This document shows, piece by piece, positions 1 through 8,952 of a stretch of DNA of 64,000 nt. The DNA lies in contig CAVXRO010000006.1 in assembly GCA_963764235.1 (NCBI GenBank), positions 702,884 to 766,883 on the forward strand. Reading direction: 5' to 3'. The notes under the pieces are model-generated. The model saw only the letters and a list, made by a program, of their open reading frames with translations, did no database searches and had not been told where the DNA came from. The DNA comes from an uncultured Bacteroidota bacterium (lineage in GTDB: Bacteria > Bacteroidota > Ignavibacteria > Ignavibacteriales > Ignavibacteriaceae). Positions within the stretch are counted from its first letter, which is position 1, and each line of letters begins with the position of its first letter. The position numbers were made by a program, and so were the translations under genes.

Positions 1-1127
1 TTCCTCTTTCCTTTTAAAGGATTTAAATGGCTGGAAGATCCGGGCTTTATATTCCTCTGGAATACCAGGCCCGGTGTCACGAAATTCAATATTTACAAGA
101 TCGCCTGATTGCTTTGCTGTAATGTATATATTCCCGCTCTCACCCATTGCGTCGCAGGCATTTTTTGCAATCTGATGACAGGCTTGATAAAATGCCTGTT
201 TATCAAGTTTAACCTTTATATTGCTTTCTACTTTCTTGTAGAGGCCAACATTTCGTGACTCAACATATTCTGCCAGAAGCCCGAGTGCATCATCCATCAC
301 TTCCTGCAGGCTGCTTGCTTCAATTTTCAGAGGGTTTCGGTCTTCTGTATACGCGAGAGTTGAATTGAGAAAATCAACAATAGAATCTGCCTGATCCATC
401 AACACACTGAGCACAGTTCTTACATCCTGGGGGACATCTTTCTTTTTTATCTGCGCAGCATAATACTTCATCGTAAGAACCGGTGTCTGAATATTATCCG
501 AAATATATTTAGTTAATCTCGACAGGAATATATTCTTATTTTCATCCAGCATGCTGTCTATGCCGTCAATGCAGAGAAGCGCCTGGGAAATATGAGCTGC
601 AAGCGTAGAGATCTTCTCTTCATCAGATATAGAAAATTTCCCCGAACTGCTGTTTGCTAAACTTATAACAGCAATCGTATCATTATTATCCATTTTTCAC
701 AGGAACACACATAATACTTGACACCACAATGCCCAGGATACTATCAATGTCTTCTGAATACCGGAAATCTTTAACTGGCTCCCTTACATTTATTATCTCA
801 CCCGTTTCAGCAGCAAGTCCTGTAAGTCACTTCGGAAATCGAATACCTGGCCTCAACCAGTCCATCTTCAGTCTGCTATTTCAGTAATCAGCTGATTCTT
901 AGCCGAATCAACCCGGTAAAGGATTCCGGCCTGAGCTTCGGTAAGTTTAACTGACTCATGGACTATGTTCGAATAAAGTTGCTGTTTATCAAAGGTGGAA
1001 TTGATCTTCCTGATTGCATTAAGAATTCTCTCGGTATTGATTTCCGTGTCATCATATTTCAACCTTTCTTCCTCGGCTTCATAACGAAGTTTTTCCTCCT
1101 CATAAATATCAACAGGAATTTCATCAT
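1..1127 (-). pseudogene. Disrupted GAF-domain sensor histidine kinase segment (GAF + HisKA-like + HATPase_c). The 3' end runs off the window. It reads as the continuation of 1128..2216.
   Basis: Hand translation of the minus strand. 1125->871 is open: 'DEIPVDIYEEEKLRYEAEEERLKYDDTEINTERILNAIRK...NQLITEIAD', with a stop at 868..870. The GAF domain continues in two other frames: 'EDGLVEAR', then 'GIRFPK*LTGLAAETGEIINVREPVKDFRYSEDIDSILGIVVSSIMCVPVKNG', with an in-frame TGA at 827..829. 693->1 is open: 'MDNNDTIAVISLANSS...FLSRLTKYISDNIQTPV...HQIAKNACDAM...FRDTGPGIPEE...IFQPFKSFK', which carries the N, G1 and F boxes of an HATPase_c domain. Confidence 0.7.
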
Positions 1128-2216
1128 TTATTCAAGGTTGAGGTTAATCCATTTCGTGCCGTCTTCCTGATCAGTCTCGTGTTCAAATGAATTTGTTTCA
1201 GATAATTGATCAGTTAACTCATTCTCTTCCAACGCTTCCTTCTGAAATTCGCCGGTGACCTCATTAGCTGATTCAACGGATTCATCCGGAACATTTTCAT
1301 TTTCTGCTTGAAACTCATAAACTTCTTCGGCGGGTTTTTCCGATTCTGTAATGTCTTCTTTATCGGTACTCTCATCTGTCGTCTCCGGTATCGGAGTGTC
1401 TTCAGAAGTGAAGGGTTGTTCTTCCTCAGCCAGTGGTAAATTTTCTGTAGCCGGCTCTGGCTCGGAAGCATTTTCAGATTCAGTCCTTTTCTCAATGGCT
1501 GTTTCATCAGCAGATGATAATTTTTGCCGCGCAGTCAAATCATCAGGGGTATCCTCATCAGGAGCCTCAGCTTCAATTAATTTATCTTCAGCTAACTCAT
1601 CTTCAGAATATTCGTCCTCACCCCCGCTTATTTCAAATATCATTTCAGCGGTTTTTTCAATCTCCCTTCTCTTATCTTCAAGTTCATCACTTTCCTGCTC
1701 AGCTCTACCATCGGGCTGATCCTCTTCAGTTTTATTTTCCGGTGGTGGCGTCACATAAAGTTTATCCGTATCCTGTTTCAGGAGACCCGGGTTAATAGTT
1801 ATTTGAAGCTCCGGAATCTCGACTTTATTATAGGCTATAATATTATCATTTATCTCAGGGTAATCGGCAAGGAATGCCCTTAAATCACTATTTGAAAGGA
1901 CATAAAGGATGCAGTCGGTATTGGCTACCGCCGCTGAGCGCCGGTAAGTATCCTCAAGTACCTCAATTTCTCCGAAAAAGTCGTTTATCGTTTTGTTAAG
2001 CTTTACAGACTTGTTCTCAATGTACACCTTTATTTTCACCCGTCCTGCAACAATAAGGTAAGTATTACGGCTCTCATCCCCCTTCTGAAAGATGATCTCT
2101 CCCTCTTTCCGTCTGAGAATTTGTTCGCTACTGAAGCTGAATTTCAGATTCCGGGGAGGGATTCCATCGAACAATTTATTATTTTTAATGACTTCTTGAT
2201 AATTATTATCAGACAT
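1128..2216 (-). CDS. Cyclic-nucleotide-binding (CAP-effector type) domain protein with a ~190-aa acidic low-complexity tail. Probably the N-terminal part of the disrupted kinase downstream.
   Basis: ORF track, 362 aa. The N-terminus 'FDGIPPRNL...GEIIFQKGDESRNTYLIVAGRVKIKV...FFGEIEVLEDTYRRSAAVANTDCILYVL' fits the cNMP-binding beta-barrel pattern (FGE...R-SA). The remainder is an E/D/T-rich disordered tail. Confidence 0.75.
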   Translation of the reverse strand: MSDNNYQEVIKNNKLFDGIPPRNLKFSFSSEQILRRKEGEIIFQKGDESRNTYLIVAGRVKIKVYIENKSVKLNKTINDFFGEIEVLEDTYRRSAAVANTDCILYVLSNSDLRAFLADYPEINDNIIAYNKVEIPELQITINPGLLKQDTDKLYVTPPPENKTEEDQPDGRAEQESDELEDKRREIEKTAEMIFEISGGEDEYSEDELAEDKLIEAEAPDEDTPDDLTARQKLSSADETAIEKRTESENASEPEPATENLPLAEEEQPFTSEDTPIPETTDESTDKEDITESEKPAEEVYEFQAENENVPDESVESANEVTGEFQKEALEENELTDQLSETNSFEHETDQEDGTKWINLNLE

Positions 2217-2476
2217 AAAAATTACTCTTGTTCTGTCCCTTAATTAAAAACAATTGTAATAATAATGATTTTCCTTAGAAATAGAAAAAGGTATAATGCA
2301 TATTTATAAGAATGATCCTTCACTTGCAAGAATAACAGATATTTCTTCTTAATGCAACTATCTTGCGGGAAAAGGAGTTAAAGAAGAAAGATTACCGGCG
2401 GGTATCGGATGTGCAGAAATATTAATAGATTTATATCCTGATATGAAACCTCAATAAATGAATTGCATCTTACAAT

Positions 2477-3037
2477 ATGGAAGAAACAGAATTAATAGCG
2501 GAAGCTAAAAAAGGAAATAAAAAAGCTTTAGCGGAAATAGTCAGAAAATACGAACAGACGATCTATAATTTTTCTTTTAAAGTCTGCCGGGATCCTGAAA
2601 AGGCTGAAAATATCATGCAGGAAACCTTCTATAGTATGGTAAAATCTATCGGCCAGTTTGATGGGAACTCAAAACTCTCCACCTGGCTGTACAGGATTGT
2701 TGCAAACCACTGCCTGATGCAGGCAAGGAAAGAAAAAAGAAGAAGCTATGTTTCGCTTGAGAATGATGAAGACCTTTATTCGGAAAGACATATTGCTGAT
2801 TGGACGTCTTTGCCGTATAAAAGTACAGAAAACAACGAGTTAAGAGTAATCCTCGATAAAGCGATAAAAAAATTATCTCCTGACTACAGGATTATTTTTT
2901 TGCTGCGCGATGTTGAAGGATTATCAACTGAAGAAACAGCTGAAGCAGCTAATATTTCTGTTCCTGCTGTGAAATCAAGACTTCACCGTGCACGGGCATT
3001 TTTAAGAAAAGAAATTGATGAGGCATTTAAAAAATGA
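2477..3037 (+). CDS. ECF-type RNA polymerase sigma-70 family factor
   Basis: 186 aa. Region 2: 'ETFYSMVKSIGQFDGNSKLSTWLYRIVANHCLMQARK'. Region 4 HTH: 'RIIFLLRDVEGLSTEETAEAANISVPAVKSRLHRARAFLRKEI'. Confidence 0.9.
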   Translation: MEETELIAEAKKGNKKALAEIVRKYEQTIYNFSFKVCRDPEKAENIMQETFYSMVKSIGQFDGNSKLSTWLYRIVANHCLMQARKEKRRSYVSLENDEDLYSERHIADWTSLPYKSTENNELRVILDKAIKKLSPDYRIIFLLRDVEGLSTEETAEAANISVPAVKSRLHRARAFLRKEIDEAFKK

Positions 3038-3285
3038 GCAAAGAAATAAAAGTTACTTGTCTGGAAGTAATGAGTCACATTTGTGACAGTCTTGGTGAGG
3101 ATCTTGATTCCGAACGCTGTAAAGATATTAAGTATCACCTGGAAAAGTGTCCCGAATGTACTAATTATCTTAAGTCGGTCGAGATGACGATTGATTACTA
3201 TAAAAAATATGATGTTAATCTGCCTCCTAATGCTCATAACCGGCTGATGTCTTTCCTCAACCTCGAGGAGAATGAGGATACCTGA
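3034..3285 (+). CDS. Cytoplasmic zinc-binding anti-sigma factor (ZAS, RsrA-like)
   Basis: 83 aa. The start overlaps the sigma gene stop in an ATGA. HxxxCxxC motif in 'YHLEKCPEC', with extra N-terminal Cys residues ('CLEVMSHIC'). No TM segment. Confidence 0.75.
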   Translation: MSKEIKVTCLEVMSHICDSLGEDLDSERCKDIKYHLEKCPECTNYLKSVEMTIDYYKKYDVNLPPNAHNRLMSFLNLEENEDT

Positions 3286-3346
3286 CGCAGGTTACAAATT
3301 CTTTTTCCAAAAATTATAAAATTGATATAAAAAATTAGGAAAGTTT

Positions 3347-3784
3347 ATGGATAATGTTCATTACTATAATATAAATGTGAAATGGGATGAGGGCCGGATC
3401 GGAACCCTTTCATCAGAATCTCTGCCGGATATAAAGGTGGCTACACCCCCGGAATTTCCTGAAGGTGTTGCAGGTTTATGGTCGCCGGAACATTTATTTG
3501 TTTCTTCTGTTGCAATATGCTTGATGACCACTTTCCTGGCTATCGCAGAAAATTCATCCCTTCCCTTCAGCTCATTCAGGTGCAATGCTGAGGGTAAGCT
3601 TGAAAAGGTTGATGGTAATATTATGATCTCTGAGATAGAGCTTAAGCCTGAAGTAGTTGTTCCGGAAGAAAAGTATCGGGAAAAGGCTGGCAGAATAGTT
3701 GAAAAATCTGAAAAAATGTGCCTTATCTCGAACTCAATAAAAACAAAAATTATATTAAATGTTGAGATTAAAGTCGCCGGATAG
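3347..3784 (+). CDS. OsmC/Ohr family peroxiredoxin-like protein
   Basis: 145 aa. 'WSPEHLFVSSVAICLMTTF' and C-terminal 'KSEKMCLISNSIK' match the two conserved Cys regions of the OsmC family. Confidence 0.8.
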   Translation: MDNVHYYNINVKWDEGRIGTLSSESLPDIKVATPPEFPEGVAGLWSPEHLFVSSVAICLMTTFLAIAENSSLPFSSFRCNAEGKLEKVDGNIMISEIELKPEVVVPEEKYREKAGRIVEKSEKMCLISNSIKTKIILNVEIKVAG

Positions 3785-3836
3785 GCTAATTTAAAGATAA
3801 ACCAGGAAAAGATTAAACAATCATAAGGAGAAATAT

Positions 3837-4226
3837 ATGAAGAGACTTATCGGCTTATTCGTTTTAGTATTAATTTTGTCGAATTTTGTCGCTTGTGCGC
3901 AGAGTGTACCGCCTCAAAATAACATCACTGTTCAGCAGTTAAAAAATCAAATTAAAAATGATTCTGATCTTGTAATACTTGATGTCCGTACCCCGGAAGA
4001 ATTAAAAGGTCCTCTTGGTCAAATCGACGGCGTGATAAATATACCCGTTCAGCAGCTTAAAAGCCGTGTAGATGAGCTTGATAAATATAAAGACAGGGAA
4101 ATTGCCGTTATCTGCAGAACCGGTCATAGATCAGGGATAGGAACAAATATTCTGCTGAAACACGGATTCACAAAGGTGGAGAATGTTGAAGGCGGAATGA
4201 CTGCTTACAGAGCTGACGGAAATTAA
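3837..4226 (+). CDS. Secreted/lipoprotein rhodanese-domain sulfurtransferase
   Basis: 129 aa. Signal peptide ending 'NFVACAQ'. 'ILDVRTPEE' and active-site loop 'CRTGHRS'. RBS AAGGAG upstream. Confidence 0.85.
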   Translation: MKRLIGLFVLVLILSNFVACAQSVPPQNNITVQQLKNQIKNDSDLVILDVRTPEELKGPLGQIDGVINIPVQQLKSRVDELDKYKDREIAVICRTGHRSGIGTNILLKHGFTKVENVEGGMTAYRADGN

Positions 4227-4230
4227 CTTT

Positions 4231-4998
4231 TTATTCCAGCTCTTTTAATTTTTTCTTTGCCTTTCTAATCGCGAACTTATCCCTGAAATTTTTTTGGGGA
4301 TAAGTTAATAATTCTTTAAGAAGCTTTTTTTCCTTTTCGGTTTCACTCATAAGGTTGTAAGTTAATGCAAGCTGGAACGAAGCGACTATTGTGCGCGGTT
4401 TAACCTCAAGCGCCTTTTTGAACATTTCAACCGACTGCTCAAAAGTACCGTCAGGTACATCTCCAAAAAAAGTATTTGCAAACATTCTCTCAAACCAGCT
4501 GAGATCGGCAATCTGCCGGTAGTATATTCCAAGTATGACATAGGAGAGATATTGGTCCGGGTTTATCTGCAGAGATTTTTTCGCATTCTCCTCAATTTTG
4601 TGTGCAAGCTTAATTTTTTCTTTTCCGCCTTCATACAGGGCCTGATTTCCATATGACATAGCCAGGTAAGCATAAGAGGCAGCACTGTCGGGAAAATTAT
4701 TCTTCAGCTTTTCTGAGAATTCAATTGCCTTCTTAATCATTATTTCAGAGCTGTCTTTCTTCCTATATTCATAATATTCTTCACCAAGGTCATTGTAGGA
4801 ACGCGCCAGTCTGTATAGAACCTCATATTTATCCGGTTCCAGTTTATACGCGTCCAGGTAGCTGTTAAGGGCAGAATGATTATTAAATGTTGAGAAATAT
4901 TCATCCCCCTTTTCGATATAATCTTCAAAATTGTTCGCGGTAATCAGGGTAAAGTGGACAAGTATGATTGCAAGGAATCCGAAAGCTGCTCTCATCAT
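4231..4998 (-). CDS. TPR-repeat protein with signal peptide
   Basis: 255 aa. N-terminal hydrophobic leader and repeated TPR-like helices ('YRLARSYNDLGEEY', 'YAYLAMSYGNQALY', 'FQLALTYNLM'). Confidence 0.7.
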   Translation of the reverse strand: MMRAAFGFLAIILVHFTLITANNFEDYIEKGDEYFSTFNNHSALNSYLDAYKLEPDKYEVLYRLARSYNDLGEEYYEYRKKDSSEIMIKKAIEFSEKLKNNFPDSAASYAYLAMSYGNQALYEGGKEKIKLAHKIEENAKKSLQINPDQYLSYVILGIYYRQIADLSWFERMFANTFFGDVPDGTFEQSVEMFKKALEVKPRTIVASFQLALTYNLMSETEKEKKLLKELLTYPQKNFRDKFAIRKAKKKLKELE

Positions 4999-5041
4999 GT
5001 AAACATCTCTGTGTGCTTCCGATTTTTAATTAATCCGGGAT

Positions 5042-5858
5042 TTATCTGGATTTCCCTTTCAAATTATTATTCAGAAAAGAATGAATTTCTTTCCATGCCT
5101 TCTGTGCAGCATCCTGGTTATAAACCTTTGTATTATTGGGATTCATGAAAGCATGATTCGCATCCGGGTAAATTATTATATGGTTATTAACCCCGGCTTT
5201 ATTTCAAAGCATCTTTAAATTCTTTTACGTCATCCGGAGTTATGTTCTGATCCTTTTCTCCAAAAATTCCCAGAACAGGACAAGCTATCTGCTTAAGCAT
5301 TTCCGGATCTTTATTAAGCCTTCCATAGCAGATTATGCAGGCCGCCAGATCTTTGATGTCCAGGGCTGTTCTAAGTGAATAACCGCCTCCCATGCACCAC
5401 CCGATTGAACCGATGCTGTTTCCGTCAACTTCAGGCCTGCTGCGAAGATAGTCGAAAGCTGATCTTAAGTCGGTTGCAGCGCGATCCTGAGGGACGCTGC
5501 CGGATAATTTTCGGGCCTCTTCCGGGGAGGATGTTGAATTACCATGGTAGAGATCTATTGCAAGAGCGACATATCCGCTCTCAGCAAAATCATCAGCATC
5601 TTTCTTTATCCAGTCATTCAGTCCCCACCATTCGTGAATTACAATTAAAGCGGGAAATGGACCGTTGCCCTCAGGAACAGCTAGGTAAGCTGTTACAGTA
5701 TCTTCTCCGCTTATGTACCTGACCATCTCACTATGTCTGGTTTCCAATTTTACTGCCTCTCCTTCTTTTTGTCCCCGGTTTTCCGGTACAGTTTCAGACG
5801 TTAGTAATAGAAATAAAATTCCTATCGAAAGAGCTATAAAAAGGTCAAATCCCTTCAT
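5042..5858 (-). pseudogene. Dienelactone hydrolase family protein interrupted by a 1-nt frameshift near 5201..5204
   Basis: ORF 5199..5858 has 'ALIVIHEWWGLNDW' and the nucleophile elbow 'GWCMGG', but stops at '...FKDALK*'. The next frame continues 'NKAGVNNHIIIYPDANHAFMNPNNTKVYNQDAAQKAWKEIHSFLNNNLKGKSR*' (stop 5042..5044) and contains the catalytic His region. Confidence 0.8.
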
Positions 5859-5970
5859 AACAATTCCTGAAGTTTAATGAATTAACAATTAAATATAATT
5901 ATAGGATTATCAGTGATATTTAAATCACATAAAGTGACAGGAAGAAAAAACCCCTTTTACCACGGTCGGG

Positions 5971-6393
5971 CTAGACCGCTATATTTCGTGGTTTCATCCG
6001 GATGAGGAGGGAAAGATCTCTGGAAGCGATGATTTTCTTTCCCTGACATTTGTATACAAGAACAAGTGCCTCATCTAAGGGTGAACCGTCATCCTTGAAG
6101 ATAGGGAGTATATTGTTTAAGGGAACAACTTCTTTTTGTACCTGAACAAAATTTTTAGCCTCAAGATAATCGAGCAGATTTACAAACTTTTTAATTTTTC
6201 CAAAAAATCTGTTTTCATCTACAGGAACAATAATCTCGTCTGTATTAAATACAACATTAAAATACCAGAAATGATTTATCTTGTAATGAACCCGTATATA
6301 CGAGCAGCATTCCGTTATAAAAGACTCGATGTCGGTTATCTTACCATCCGTTATTTTCTGGATTATGGTTTTATCTTCTTCATCAAAATACAT
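5971..6393 (-). CDS. Hypothetical protein
   Basis: Open frame from the track (5971..6486). I prefer the internal ATG at 6393 ('MYFDEEDK...'), which is preceded by GAGAGG. The extension has odd composition. No recognisable motif. Confidence 0.4.
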   Translation of the reverse strand: MYFDEEDKTIIQKITDGKITDIESFITECCSYIRVHYKINHFWYFNVVFNTDEIIVPVDENRFFGKIKKFVNLLDYLEAKNFVQVQKEVVPLNNILPIFKDDGSPLDEALVLVYKCQGKKIIASRDLSLLIRMKPRNIAV

Positions 6394-6599
6394 CAATGCC
6401 GCCTCTCTTTTTTTCCTGGGAGTGCAATAGAAATGCCAATGGAAATACCTCCCAATATCTGCAAAATAAAAAGCATTTTGCTTCAAAGGTTGACGTTCAT
6501 GTCATATTTGACGCAAAAGATAATGTTAATCCGTGCCCTGGATCAGAAAAGCAGGACGGTATAAAATATGATTTGTAATATGTAAACAGGTATTTACAT

Positions 6600-7025
6600 A
6601 TGAGAAAATTCAGAATAGCACTGGGATTTATTATCTCTGATCTGGGCGGGATAGCTGCCGCTTCAATTCCCCTGGCGGTTTTTCTATCGTTCACTAATTT
6701 TTTTGTAAGTGCCTCAGGTATCCGGCCTTTAATGGCCTCATTCCTGTTGCTGATACTGCTTTCATTTTTTATCCTGCCGTTCCGCCTCATGCTGATTGGA
6801 GCTGAGCTGCTGAAAATTGAGCTCGATAAATACGGAAGATTTTCTGTAGCTATTATCGGTGGATTAACAGGAGGCTGTCTTTTTTATTTTCTGGTATTTT
6901 CCCGTTTTTCGCTGGATTGGCTTAATATGCTGGATTACGCTTTGATCGGGGTGATTCAAAGTATAATCGTTCAGGTAATCTATAATAATATACCTAAACA
7001 TTGGAAAGTTCAGACTGCAGAGTGA
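6600..7025 (+). CDS. Hypothetical integral membrane protein (about 4 TM)
   Basis: 141 aa, almost entirely hydrophobic helices. Confidence 0.5.
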   Translation: MRKFRIALGFIISDLGGIAAASIPLAVFLSFTNFFVSASGIRPLMASFLLLILLSFFILPFRLMLIGAELLKIELDKYGRFSVAIIGGLTGGCLFYFLVFSRFSLDWLNMLDYALIGVIQSIIVQVIYNNIPKHWKVQTAE

Positions 7026-7796
7026 TCAGGCGATTTCAAGCTGGAAGTTGAATCTGGATTCTGTCCATTTCCCCGTTCCGGTATCGAGTGACTTTTCAAC
7101 AAACAGTACCTCGTTAATGCTGTTCACAATTACAATTGTGGAGGATCTTGTTCCATACCTGTCGCTCTTTATAAAAACCGGCGATACCGCTCTTTCCAGC
7201 TCCCGGCTTAGACCTGTATCAGGAAGCTGATTCTCCGGAGCTTCCCGCTCATCTGATAATATACTGAAAAGTTCTTCCTCCGAAATCCTATCCTTCGAAA
7301 CTGCATCGATAAATGCTTCCTTGCTTTTAACCACTTTCGGCCAGGGTGTGTCAAGCAGATGGTTACTCAACCCGTAAACACCGGCAGAAAGTTTATTTAA
7401 TTCCCCCATTTGATTTGAAAAGTAAAAAAGGTCTTCATTATCAGAAAAAAGCAGGTTGTAGCCGTTATATTCAGCGGCATTTTCTCTCAGGCTTTTACCA
7501 TATTCGAATGCTGAAATTTTCGAGACCAGGAAATTCAGAGTTAATAAACCTCTTGTCGGTGCAGTTTCCTTAATCGTCCGCATATCTCTGTAATTTGTTA
7601 TCGCTGCGAACCTGCCCGACTTAGTTATTCCCAGCCAGGTTCCTCCGGCCTCAACATCTTTTCCGGCCAGGAGGTGAGGGTAGTCTTTCCAGAAACCGGC
7701 CTTCTCTGTTGGTCTATGGTAAAATTCATCCCGGTTTGCGGCCACAGCGAAGGGATATTCGGGATTAGTATTATATGATATTAAGAGTAAACACAT
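7026..7796 (-). CDS. NRDE family protein (DUF833/TANGO2-like)
   Basis: 'MCLLLISYNTNPEYPFAVAANRDEFYHRPT' has the family's Met-Cys N-terminus and NRDE motif. The ATG at 7796 was checked in sequence. The 33-codon upstream extension in the track is hydrophobic junk. Confidence 0.8.
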   Translation of the reverse strand: MCLLLISYNTNPEYPFAVAANRDEFYHRPTEKAGFWKDYPHLLAGKDVEAGGTWLGITKSGRFAAITNYRDMRTIKETAPTRGLLTLNFLVSKISAFEYGKSLRENAAEYNGYNLLFSDNEDLFYFSNQMGELNKLSAGVYGLSNHLLDTPWPKVVKSKEAFIDAVSKDRISEEELFSILSDEREAPENQLPDTGLSRELERAVSPVFIKSDRYGTRSSTIVIVNSINEVLFVEKSLDTGTGKWTESRFNFQLEIA

Positions 7797-7994
7797 GTTC
7801 AAGGAAAAAGTAAAAAGTTTCAGAGAAAAGTAAGAAGTATCGTGGAAAAAGCAAAAGTGAAATACTATAAGAAAAAGAAAAACCTGCAGGCTCACATTTT
7901 AGTAAGCTAATCTGCAGACTTTAATTTATCCAGTATCCAGCATCTCGTAGCGAAACAGAGATCCCGTTCCTGGCGGGACAGCATCAGCACCTAA

Positions 7995-8264
7995 CTACTC
8001 ATCCTCCTCATCCTCATCTTCGTCCTCTTCTTCGGGATCCCATAACTGATCATTTACATCATCGGCCTCAGGGTCGAATTCGCTGTCATCAGAAGGATCA
8101 TATTTTTCAGCCATGCCGAAGTATCTGGTATCTTCTGATTTTTTATTTTCCCTGGGATTTTCATCCTTGTGTTCCTTGTGCTCATTTTTATCTTTCTCAC
8201 GTATCTTTTCGCCTTTTTCAGACATTCCCTTTTTTGCTCTTTCATCTCTTTCCCGTGAATCCAT
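7995..8264 (-). CDS. Small highly charged protein (Lys/Glu-rich, poly-acidic C-terminus)
   Basis: 89 aa ORF ending 'DPEEEDEDEDEEDE'. Low complexity, so coding status is uncertain. Confidence 0.35.
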   Translation of the reverse strand: MDSRERDERAKKGMSEKGEKIREKDKNEHKEHKDENPRENKKSEDTRYFGMAEKYDPSDDSEFDPEADDVNDQLWDPEEEDEDEDEEDE

Positions 8265-8377
8265 ATATACTCCGAGTTAATAAGTTTTAGTTATTTTCTG
8301 AAAAGGTAATTGTGAATAACTTATGATCAAAATATTTCAATCTGAGATAAAGCACAATGTGATGACGTACAAAGAGA

Positions 8378-8659
8378 TTACTGTATCGCTATGCCCGGAG
8401 AAAATGCGATAAATCCTGCAATCTTCAGCTCTTCATTCTTAACGTCGGGATAGTACCAGGCTCCGTTCCAGTTAATCGAATCTCCGACCCTGATATTATA
8501 GAAATTAGCAGTCCCTAGGTCTGCATCAATATGCTTGGTGTAACTTTTTTGGAGAAATTCTTTTTTGACTGAGTTCGGGGGGAAATAAATATAACCATTA
8601 ACTTCTCTGGCTTTTTTGCTCTCAGCAATAACTTTACCATTCCAGACAGCTTTTGCCAT
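8378..8659 (-). CDS. DUF427 domain protein
   Basis: 93 aa. 'AVWNGKVIAES...VNGYIYFPPNSV' fits the DUF427 pattern. GGAGG RBS upstream. Confidence 0.65.
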   Translation of the reverse strand: MAKAVWNGKVIAESKKAREVNGYIYFPPNSVKKEFLQKSYTKHIDADLGTANFYNIRVGDSINWNGAWYYPDVKNEELKIAGFIAFSPGIAIQ

Positions 8660-8952
8660 TATTGTCCTCCATTAATTAAATGATATAATTAACTAAAAAA
8701 ATAAAATTAACATCTAGGCGTGTTCTCACAATAATATATTGTTGAAATAATTGCAATCCCCTTAATTTTCACTCCCCAATAGAACCTTTTATTAGTTGAT
8801 TTTGTTCACGGATTAGGTATTTTTGTCTATAAAAATTTTGAGTTTTATACAACCAAACGAGGAAGCCAAATAGAATTTTTTACTCTTCATTTCTGATTCT
8901 ATAAAACTGCACAAATTATTTCGACCATTTTTACTTTTGCGTGGAGGATTAG

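Noticed and set aside
827-829. In-frame TGA inside the GAF segment as possible recoding (Sec/Trp/Gly)
   Set aside because: TGA clearly works as a stop elsewhere (for example 3035..3037 and 58471..58473). The codon sits among several frameshifts, and the expected residue there is not a Cys/Sec position.
1351-1795. Plus-strand ORFs (122 aa Ser-rich, 93 aa) and the nested minus-strand ORF 1214..1507, all inside the acidic tail region
   Set aside because: They are mirror or alternate-frame readings of the GAA/GAT-rich acidic linker of 1128..2216. They are low complexity, have no RBS and lie entirely inside a better-supported gene.
2444-2476. GAAAC-N17-TCTTA as an autoregulated ECF promoter upstream of the sigma gene
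   Set aside because: It would leave essentially no leader before the ATG at 2477, and the -10 does not resemble a known ECF consensus closely enough.
5195-5210. Programmed ribosomal frameshift in the dienelactone hydrolase (and likewise at ~19440 and ~44005)
   Set aside because: There is no X-XXY-YYZ slippery heptamer and no downstream pseudoknot-like structure at any of the three sites. A simple 1-nt indel explains each.
7797-7895. N-terminal extensions given by the ORF track (also 11738..11761, 15150..15233, 24627..24692, 25161..25190, 51706..51783, 59548..59571)
   Set aside because: Internal starts give proper signal peptides or family N-termini (for example Met-Cys of the NRDE family). 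They are preceded by RBS-like sequence or avoid overlap with the upstream gene.
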